NCBI GenBank assembly: GCA_965637545.1
Contig: OZ281496.1
Span: 27,652,001-27,716,000, forward strand
DNA length: 64,000 bases
Direction of reading: 5' to 3'
DNA from: Phallusia mammillata
Lineage: Eukaryota
The position numbers were made by a program, and so were the translations under genes. The notes below the pieces were generated by a model, which saw nothing but the letters and a program-made list of their open reading frames with translations, was not told where the DNA came from and did no database searches. This document shows, piece after piece, positions 54,236 to 64,000 of this stretch. The first letter of the stretch is position 1. Each line of letters opens with the position of its first letter.

Positions 54236-54686
54236 CAGGCGTCAGCAAACTACAGCCCGGATCCGGCCCGCGAGGCCATTTCATCCGGCCCGCGACCACA
54301 TTTTTGTTTTTTCGGTCGTATTGATAACTTTGTAACATTCAAAAATTAATCTACTCCTTGAGAAAGTTTTCCTTTCGCGATATATAGAATTGATATTACC
54401 CAGTTTTTTAGGATTACAACGCCCAGGATTCATCCAAAGCCGGTTTGTTTCGTCACAAACAAAACTACAAGTGTTAATTATTCGCAAACATTGCCTCTTT
54501 TGTTACTTGTGACGTCATATACAAGCATTGCTCATAAGATGAAACTAACCTTACTGTTTAATAGTTTCATACCAGATTTTTAACAGGCTTGTAGAAAGAC
54601 CATTTCTTGGCGCCCCTTTAAAAATTTGTGCGGCGTTAGGTCTTGCAATCAATGCAAACGCAGTGAAAAACAGTTTGGTGCCCTTG
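54236..54686. mobile_element. hAT-type MITE, possibly composite, ~140 bp upstream of the B start codon
   Basis: Imperfect TIRs CAGGCGTCAGCAAACT / AGTTTGGTGCCCTTG; TSD ATGTAGAT versus ATTTAGAT (7/8); CGGCCCGCG subterminal repeats. Confidence 0.65.
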
Positions 54687-55819
54687 ATTTAGATGTACAA
54701 TTTTGGCGACAAAGGCCTAATCGCACAACTTTACTTTTAAAGCAACAATCCTTGTGAACTTCTGTAGCTTACCTGTGCAGGGAAAAATCTGAACTGATCC
54801 TAGCCTGAAAAAGACAACCCCCTTGATTGACTTATATTGTAGCACATTACATGTCTTTTCATAGGTTTGCGTTAAAATAAACCGGGTTGATGTAACGGAA
54901 TACCTTAACAGATAACACTCCCACTTTTCCTTACATTGTCATTTTTGGAAATCTGCGGTTGTCTCCAAACAACACTAAGCTTATGTCGTTCTACACCTTC
55001 GCTATTTAAGTTTGGTTGTCAATCTGACCATTGGTCATACAGCTACACTTGAAAATGGTACAAAGCTTCCTCCATACTGGATCTATGTCTGTCTGTGGCA
55101 AATATTTTTCAACTACTGTTTATGAAACTCTCTGGGCGTCGCGTGATCATAACACAACCTCTTTTGTGTTAAAAGATCAGCCACAAAGGCAAAGGCTGAA
55201 CGAAGTTGAATGGCTTTCCAAAAAACCCGTTTCACAGATAGTGGGTCACGCGTATCCCTAAATTTTTATCATGGGTAATTTTCTAAAATGTTGAAAGAGC
55301 GAAAATAACTTGAATAGATGATTGGGGTAAAAGAAGCTTCGGTAATTTTGAGGGAAATTCTGTCCGGATCTATTTTAAAAGTCAAGTTCTATGCACATTA
55401 CCATGGATAGGGTTGGTTGGAACTGAAGTCTGTTTGTTTATTTTTCCTGCATTATGAAGTGACGTATACTTTCGGGGGATTCTATACCGTGTGTAATTTT
55501 AAGCAGAATTCGTTTGACAATGCTCGTATTCTTTTATAACTTGATAACAGAATTAACGATTCAAGTTTGGCCCAATGATCTCGACATACAATGTTGATTT
55601 GAACGGACACAATATAACAATTTATCCACATCGTATCTTCCGTATAGCTATGATATGTTTGATTTACAAATACACATATCGGTCACATACACACTGGAAC
55701 ATACATTAATGCGAAAGCAAACATGATTTTCTACATTTCAATTATGGCTAGTCAATTACGGTTGATTTAGCACCAAATACACACAAACCCACATTACTAG
55801 TTAACAATTTCCGTCTCGT

Positions 55820-58800
55820 TTAAAAAACGTTCGTCAAAATACTGATAAATCCTAGCGCTAAAGTTAATTGGATTCTTCCCAACAAAAGTAGTCTCGTTGC
55901 GGTGTTGCTACTTTCTGTGGTTGTTGCAATCGTAGATGTGATAGTAGTGGTTGATAGAGTAGGAGTAATTGTTGCACTTGTGCCTAAAAAACCCGTTGTT
56001 GACCTGCTGCCACTTCTTTTGTGTGACAATAAACACTGACGGTTCTATAACCCACAGATATTTAAGATCTTTTTAGACCTAAAAAGTCTACAAGAAATGT
56101 GGATCCTTCATTTTGAAGCGCTGTTTTGATAAGCATTGTTGTTTAAAATCCATGTTAAATTAAAGAAACGGTATTGAAATGACATAACAAAGGCTTGTGG
56201 GACATTCAGTGCAACGCCTTCTTTTGTTGAAACATAACTATGGTTTTGTTTGTGTTACTTTGCGTGTGGTAAAGTGAGGCATTTTCGCAAAATATTTACC
56301 TTCACAAAACGTCCCATTTCCACTGAATCCAGCCATACATGTGCAACTAAAACTTCCTTCGCTATTCATGCAATCTGCGTTCTGATGGCACGTTCCGTCT
56401 AACGCACATTCATTGTTGTCTGAGAAAAAGTGTGATTTTAAAGTAAAGAGAGGATTGACTTTGAGCACGAAATATATTGTATTCAACGCGTTACTTATTT
56501 GTATAATTTGCAAATTTAATCAATGAGACAATGTCAACGCCAAATGTCATTGATTTCAATTGAATGGTTTAGTAGTTTATCAGTCCCAATAGCAACGATT
56601 TATTGTATTTGATCAAATTGCTTAAGGGTTGGTGTTCTTACCGGTACAGGTTTTTGGGTCAACGGCTTCGTTTACTTGAAAACCGGTGTCACAGGTGCAA
56701 GTATATGAACCGACGTTATCAAGACAAACTCCGTTCGGACCACAATCGTATCCGAATTCGACGCATTCATTAAAATCTGTAAACGTGATACATGTTGCTT
56801 TGATTCGCAATTACGCCTTCAATGGGTCTGGCGTATTATGACTTATCGATGAGTATGCCGTAATCGCTGGTCTGCATGGAATGGTGACAGCAGTATTGGA
56901 TGTATTCATTTTAGTTGTTGGTTTGGATTTACAATTTGCAATATAATGAGTGCAAAAAATGATCAGTGTCGAAAGTAACCTGGTTATATGACAGTCGTCT
57001 TATTTTCACCTGTACAAGTGACACCATCGCCAGTGTATCCAGTGTTACAGGAGCATATAAAGCTTCCATTTGTGTTGGTGCACATTGCTGATGCTGAGCA
57101 GTTGCCGTAATTATTGGTACACTCCGAAAAATCTGCACATAAAGCGAGAGTAATGGAGCGATATTTTGCATAAAGTGTAAAAAGTGAACAATGTCGAAAG
57201 TAACCTGGGGATGTGGCCTTCGTTTTTAGTTATTTTTGTTTATTTTCATCTGTGTTCTAAATCGAAAATAAGGCGATAGTAATAGAGCGAATGATTATTT
57301 GCCCACATTTTGATTTAGTACTGGACTTTTTGCTCAGTTACAAAGTTCGCACCATCACCAGTAAGCGATCCACCGTCAATCATTATAGCTGATCCTGTAT
57401 GATCCCTGAGAAGTGCGGTAAATTCGTCCGCAGTGTGGGAAGTTTGATTGAAAGCAAGTAGTACGATGATTTCACTCGGTGTGCCGCTGGTTACACGTTC
57501 AACAGTGGCGATTACAGTGTGGTAAAAGAGGGAGTTGGCGTTCATAATTTCGTCCATAAAATCTTCTATCTAGTTATACAAAAAGTCGTTTCTTCAAGTC
57601 AGTTTCATTGATTTCAGATTTAAACTGTTGCTAACTTTGTTCTAAATTTTCGACATTTACATTTTTTGCACTAAAGCAGTGTTTTTTTAACCTATTTTGG
57701 GCTCGTACTTGAGCTTTCATAAAATTTTCTCGTACCCCTTGTCTACAATTGTCGACGGAAGTAAATAAAATTATAATAATAGGAATTAAACTCAGTGTAT
57801 TTATAACTTGGGTGTTAGAAGCATACATGAAAACAGTGTTGAAAGTAGTACAAAAATAACCCGTTCTAGTAATATAACAAAGTGACTTGTTACGCATTCT
57901 TTACAAATATGTCTAAATACCATATAACTTCATGTCGTGCCCCCTGCTTTAATGCTTTGTACCCCCGAGGGGTACACATAACGTTTTATTCGGCCTATCT
58001 GTTTTGACTTGGTACCGTTTAGTTGGCAGCATGATGAATTTTCTTCTTGAGCAATTGTCATGCACCACTTACCGCATTCTCAATAACGGCACTTGATGAT
58101 GTTACTGCAGTTGAAACTGAGATCACGGCGCGGTAGTCATATTCCAGTCGCACAGCTAAAATATAACAAATTCAAATAGGCTTTTTCATGACATTGCTTT
58201 ATATTCCAAGGTGTGTCGTATTTGCTGGTCTGCATGGACGCTTTAGAACAGTGGTTTTTAACCTATGGTACGCCGCAGCTTCTCGGGTGGTACGCGCGAA
58301 GCTTTCTATTAAACTTAATTAAGTCAGTTGTGAAATTGTAGCTTCACTGACCCAACTGATCAGTGTTTGGACATTCTTCTGAAATTGCTAACATTGCTAA
58401 CTTTGCTGGTTTCATAAATATGCTAGTCTGGTCCTGAAAAAATAGGCCTCTTGGTCCGAATCATTGGTTTAGGTGGTACACCGGGACAAAAAAAGTCGGC
58501 AGGTAGTAGGCCTCAGGTTAAGGACCCCTGCTTTGAAACAAATCCATACTTGTACCTTATCTAAGATCCCATTCCGTGCTAGTTTTATACATGCCAATCA
58601 TGTGACAGTTGACGAAACAACGGTTGTTGCTGTGTAACCAGAGTGACAGTTCCAGATGCCTTTCTGACATGTTCAAGCCAGAGTTGATAGTCGGGCCGGA
58701 CTTTTCTGGCCGGATTCGGGCCGGTTTCGGGCTTAGGTTTTTTCAAACAAAACGGGCTTGATTCGGGCCTGACTTTACACTCGGTGTCAATATTTAAAAA

Positions 58801-61800
58801 AATGTACTGTTTTTAACTGGTTAATGGCCTGTTGCTGGACACCTAAAGTCAAACAGCCCTCAAAAGCCTTGTTCGAGACCAATTGTCTATTGTGTTAGTT
58901 GTCTTGGTCTTTTCGGCCTGTCAATCAAACTTTCTGGCCTTGTCAATCAAACAAAAAACGATTCGGGTTCGTCCTTGGTTTCGGGCTTGCATTGTCGGGT
59001 TCGGGTGGGGTACGGCCTCCAATTTCAGGCCCGTTTGGAACTCCGGTTCAAACCACTAGCCACAATGTACAGGTGTAAAGTCCCCATTGTTTTCATTGGA
59101 CTGTTGCGTTACCACAATCATGTTTTTGAAAAGCACTGACCCTCGCAAGAGATGCCGTTTCCGGTAAAACCATTGTCACACGAACAATCGAAGCTTCCAG
59201 GGTTGTTGGTGCATGTTGCGTTGGCATGACAACCGTGTGCTCCAGCGCATTCGTCAATATCTGTGAAACAACGAGTGACGTTGTGGATTTAACATGGTTT
59301 TGTCGAAGTATCGTATCAATATTAAAGATAGATCCATGGTTGAAGCTCAATGTTGTTGGCTGGCCGACAAACAACATAGCCTATGTCAGGGATTCACATC
59401 CTTGGTACATAATTTTGTCAAAAGCAAATAAAAACATTAGACTATGGACCGCAGACATATGTGTCATTAGTTGATGCGGACGCATTGGTCTGCTAAGCAA
59501 CTCGGCGGGCCGCGCAACCTTTGTTGAATCGCGTTAAACCCGCGGGCAATAAGTTGTACACCTTTGGCCTACGCCATATGCTATCAAAACGGTTGGTACA
59601 ATCTCGGTTCTGCCGGCCATTCTTAAACTCTTTTTTGTGATAAGAATAGCTAAATTTTGACTTAAGAAAGCTGTTACTTGGTACATTATGTTGTTGAATT
59701 ACAATATATTTCTAACATTTTTTGTTTCAAGACGGCATTTCTAACAGTCTAAGCAAGTCACAATGTTATAGACCGTACACGGCTACAAAACAAAACATAA
59801 AATAAACCATTGTGGCTACAACTGGTGTTTTCGTGTTTTTGTGTGATTTCATGTTTTCCCCAATCGCTTAATTTGTTTATAGATGACCGAACCGCGCCAT
59901 ACGTCAAGTGCCGGTTTTTAATTCTTTAAGTTTTTGTTTCAATTTGCACATTCGTTGATTATATTCGATATATACCATTGCATAAAAATATACAAGTTGC
60001 TTGTGGCTTTTTTTGTAACGACGCACTTTTGCCACCTATAGTTAAAAAGATTTTACCTGTGCAAGTCATTCCATCCCCCGAGTAGCCAGTGTAGCAGGCG
60101 CATGTGAAACCCCCAAGTGTGTTGGTGCAAATTGCGTTCGTATCACAAGTGTGAGCTCCAGTTATGCATTCATCGAAGTCTGAATAATTAGAAAACTTGT
60201 GGTTGATAGGTAACAATCGTACTACACTGCATTAAATATCGAAAGACAGAGCGTTTATCTGCACGCTTTCCTTTGAATCGTGAAAAAATTTTTTGTTAAC
60301 AAATCAAAACTGGATTGTGCGTTTATCTAAAAACGTTTATCTACTTACCAACACATGTCAATGGGTCCATGGTTCCGTTAACTTGGTAACCCGCGTTACA
60401 GGTACAGGTGTAAGAGCCAATGTTGTCGACGCAAGTGCCATTTGGACCACAATCGTATCCGAAATCTACGCACTCGTTAATATCTGAAAAAGTGGTTTAA
60501 AGAATTCGTCAGACAATTGTTTTTTGCGCATTTGGTGGTTTGTTGAGATGTGCTTGTAGGCTAGCTATATATCTCAACGTTGGGTCTTCTTTTTTACGTT
60601 ATTATTTATAAATATTGTCTAGTTAAATATGATTGCAAGAAATATTACATAAAAAAAATTGTGAAGTAACATTGTAAGAAAGTGGCATTTGTCTTCATCA
60701 GCCGATGTAACATCTTGCTGTAAAATTGATACTTTACCTGCACAATTTACTCCATCACCAGTAAAACCTGCATCACAAGCGCAAGTAAAAGATGGGTCGG
60801 TGTTGGTGCAAGTAGCATTGACGTGACAGTTGTTCAATGTGGCGTTGGCGCATTCGTTAATATCTGAAACGACAAAAGCCAACAGTTCATATTTTGATGC
60901 TTCATGCAAACAAAAGGGCAATGCAAAACTTACCAGCGCAAACCTTAGCTGAATTAAGTTCGTAATCCGTATTGCAGGTACATGTGTAGGTTCCAGGAGA
61001 GTTGGTGCACGAAGCAGTTTGCGGGCCGCATACTGTAGTGTTTCCCGCACATTCGTCAATATCTGAAAAATATCATTGAGCGGTTTTAGGCTTAAAAAGG
61101 TAACAGAAGTATTTTACTACAGTATTTAAATTTCCTGTGGAATTTGTTTTTTTTTAGTAGGAATATGCGTATTTGTTTAATTTTTTCGTGTTTGTTTAAG
61201 GTTGTTATAATAAGGCCTATACTGGTTATTAAAATCCTTTGGTATATTTTTTTATACGCCGTCGTTTTCTTCATAAAAAAATCGCATCTATCTTACCCGT
61301 GCATGTTGTTCCCGATGGCACGAGTGTAGTGGTAAACGTGGATGTGCTCGAATCGCTGAAACCAGGGTCACATGTGCATTGTACCATCGAGGTATCAAGA
61401 TTGGTGCATGTGGCGTCGTTGGCGCAAGGGTGGAATGTCGTAGAGCAAACGTCGGTCACTGTAATATATTCGTCTTTGATTTATATATAGGCTTAAACAG
61501 TAGTAAAAGGTTGCATGCTAAATTATTTACAAACTAGTTTCATTGGAGTAAAAAAGGTACTTACAGTTTGTGGAATCTCCACGAGCCAGAAGGGCTTGTA
61601 GGGCATTTGTGGCGATTGAGAAGTTTGTGTAGGCGACAGTTCTAACCTCTTTGGTTATAATGAAGCCTCCAAGACCATCCGGTGTGCTTAGTGTGTGGTT
61701 GTACACAACGATAACTTCAAATAATTATTAAAAAAAATAAGTGAAGGTAAACCAACAAAACGCACAGCGTTTTATTTATTTATCTGTTCTTGTCGTTGTA

Positions 61801-62305
61801 TAAACCAGTGGTTCTCAAACTTTTTTTTTTTTTGCGACACCTCTGGAAAAGTTTCTTTGACTTGCGACGCACCAGCAAACAAAAGTTAATGAGGAAACTT
61901 ATTATTAAAGTTGTGTTGATTGATACAGCAACAAAAAGCCACGAAACGAAACTATTCTGCGACGCCCTTGTAAAATTGTAACGACGCACCAGGGCTTCGC
62001 GATGCACAGTTTGAGAACTAACTGCTATAAATGATAGTCGCTCACAGATCTATTAATTGGAACGTTTAGTTTTTGGATGAACGCTGACGAACATTCGCGC
62101 TACAAAACTAGTTGGAATATAAATACAAAAATCAGTGTTTCATAAATTAACTCTACAGTAGGTTTTGTTCATATATCGCCGCTCTTTTACATAACAATTA
62201 GGAATATGAACAACAAACATGCCTACCCGCATTCGTTTCAATCTGAGCTGAGACGCAGCTTATCAAGGCCGCACCGAACAAGGCGATGAAAATCATAGAC
62301 TTCAT
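55820..62305 (-). CDS. Paralog A: signal peptide + head + 9 EGF-like + SEA-like + Thr-rich stalk + hydrophobic tail (~621 aa)
   Basis: Exons 62227-62305 ([26 protein letters not shown]), 61565-61714, 61297-61458, 60934-61062, 60738-60863, 60349-60483, 60057-60179, 59141-59260, 58073-58155, 57353-57569, 57010-57132, 56642-56776, 56300-56419, 55820-55983 ([54 protein letters not shown]). Sum 1866 nt, divisible by 3. Confidence 0.88.
57353..58155 (-). other. SEA-like domain in A (two exons, phase 1-0-1)
   Basis: [28 protein letters not shown]|[72 protein letters not shown]. Alternating strand/helix pattern of ~100 aa fits SEA; assigned by eye. Confidence 0.6.
57677..57990. mobile_element. Truncated hAT-type MITE
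   Basis: Left end CAGTGTTTTTTTAACCT and GTACCCC...GGGGTAC subterminal palindrome; right TIR not found. Confidence 0.5.
58249..58530. mobile_element. hAT-type MITE in an A intron
   Basis: CAGTGGTTTTTAACCT / AGGTTAAGGACCCCTG; TSD CTTTAGAA versus CTTTGAAA (6/8). Confidence 0.7.
58679..59045. mobile_element. MITE with CGGGC(C/T)-rich subterminal repeats
   Basis: Ends CAGAGTTG...GGGCC / GGCCCG...GAACTCCG; TSD GTTCAAGC versus GTTCAAAC (7/8). A related fragment (GAATCAAGCCCGTTTT) lies at ~24575-24640. Confidence 0.7.
61806..62024. mobile_element. hAT-type MITE in intron 1 of A
   Basis: CAGTGGTTCTCAAACT / AGTTTGAGAACTAACTG; TSD GTATAAAC versus CTATAAAT (6/8). Confidence 0.75.
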
Positions 62306-63804
62306 TACGTTAATTCTGCGGTGTCTACTGATTCTCAGTTTCTATTAGAAATGATTTTAATTAATTTTCGTATAAAGTGGCACTGTTTATTAAAAGAAAC
62401 AAAACTGTTGTTTATTCAACTGTAAAGATAGAAGCTCAATTTGGACAGCTAATCCGTGTAAACGTTATAAAGTAAAGCTGCTTATACACTTGATATAATA
62501 TGTCACACTTTCAAACTGTGGCTGATGCAAGTTGATTGTTAAATCTTGAGAGGACACAAATGGCAACAGATATGGTTAATAGTGTGAATTGCATGACTTG
62601 TTTTCTATTTTAACAAGTAGCGGGACGCCTGTTTTCTTCAATACTATGTTGGCTAACTTATATACATCTCAATTGCTTTATCACTGTTACCATATGTGCT
62701 ACATTACTGCTAAGTTAAAATACAACAACACAAACAGTCTGGTATATAGTTTGTATTAAGCATTAGAATGACCTCAACCTGCCTTTTATCAAAGTGTGTG
62801 TTTTCGTACCCTTCACGTGTCTATTTATTGGTCGGTTTACAGACAAAGGTTGTTATAAAACAGATTGTCAACCACACAACACCTGCAACTTTCTGTGGTC
62901 AATATTGTTTTATTGAATCAAAGCCTGTTTTCGTGAGCTATGTATGAACAAATGGACCCAAACCCCATTTTGTTGAGGTTTGGTCACGCGTGCGTTTCAT
63001 TAACTTCGCACAGAAAACAAACAACATTGGTAACATTGTTTTTCCTAAACGTCATGGACACATATCTCGAATAAATTAAATTTTTAGTCTTTGCAACTCG
63101 AGCTGTTTTTTTTTTAAATTTAAGGATACGAGCATCAGTGTAATTGGCTCTGAATTAGTTTCAAATATTTTCACGTTTGTTGGACCTTCAAATGTATTTG
63201 CTTATCCGAAAATATCGCTAGTAAGACTCCTCTTTGTTCCGTGTTTTGTGTGATTATGCGAAAGCTACCTAACGAAAGCTGTTCGAAAAGTTCTAACACA
63301 TCACCTAATCGTTGTGAGAATTGGCACTTTGTATCACACACCCTATATCGGCCATCAGTGTTTATTGAGAACTCTTCATTAGGAGTTTACATACCTACAG
63401 TTTACTTAGAAAATAAGTTGTAGGCGTTTTGCTGTACAAATGCATGTGAGGGTTAAACCCGATGTTGTACAATGTAAAAACATTAACGAATATGAAAAAC
63501 GCGCAATACAAAATGTTACGTCGAAAAAAACAAAAACAATTTTCTTCATTAACAAATGACAAAAAATACTTTGTTATTCAAGTAAGTTTCTCGTTCAGTA
63601 GTAGTAGTAAAAAAACATGAAGCCAATAGATGATAACCGTGTAGTTTCCAGACAGTGAACACGGTTTCAGCCGTAGGTATAACTTGTTATTTCTAACAAA
63701 CTAGGGTGCTGTTGGGTGACTACGCTACCCAATACGGCCTGTTTCGCGTCACCAGCTGCACTGATGGGACCTTATAGATTCGAAACAGTGTGCATTGTCT
63801 ACAT

Positions 63805-63910
63805 CAGTGGTTCCCAACCTTTCGTGGACCGTGGCCCCCTTAAAGTAACTTTTTGGCCTCGTGGCCCCCTTCAAGTTACCATGTAGGACCTGTGGCCCCC
63901 TTAAAATGTA
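63805..63910. mobile_element. Left part of a hAT-type MITE
   Basis: CAGTGGTTCCCAACCT followed by three GTGGCCCCCTT repeats; no right TIR seen. Confidence 0.6.
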
Positions 63911-64000
63911 GATAGCAATCTCGCGTTGGAATGCGGTATAAAATTTTGGCCCTAAACAGGTCTAATAGAGTAAATGAGCATGATAAACCTCACTGCAAAC

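Noticed and set aside
14014-62305. Naming the EGF array as fibrillin, Notch, LTBP or uromodulin
   Set aside because: No TB/8-Cys, LNR, ankyrin, D8C or ZP-C modules are visible, and separate signal and tail exons show several genes, so no gene symbol is justified.

Overview
AT-rich eukaryotic genomic DNA with many short GT-AG introns. A compact invertebrate, probably tunicate-like, genome is my inference; I see no prokaryotic features or CRISPR arrays. About 48 kb (14.0-62.3 kb, minus strand) is a head-to-tail cluster of six paralogous cell-surface genes, labelled E, D, F, C, B, A from left to right. They are built almost entirely from symmetric phase-1 exons: a signal-peptide exon, an unrecognised ~50-aa head exon (E, D, B, A), then 3-24 mostly calcium-binding EGF exons. 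SEA-like modules occur in A, B (x2) and F, an isolated ZP-N-like module in B and F, and GPI-signal-like hydrophobic tails in E, D and A. Copy C carries three frame-breaking exons and has lost the head exon. On the plus strand (at least 4.4-11.5 kb) a frame-consistent multi-exon gene has a 2.27-kb exon made largely of ~63 27-bp Pro/Thr/Ser repeats and ends in a Cys-rich, FYVE-like-spaced finger. Introns and spacers hold hAT-type MITEs with 8-bp TSDs, a tRNA-like cloverleaf/SINE family, and three degenerate Penelope-type hammerhead-like motifs. All exon coordinates and counts were derived by hand from splice signals and reading-frame continuity, so they need RNA confirmation.
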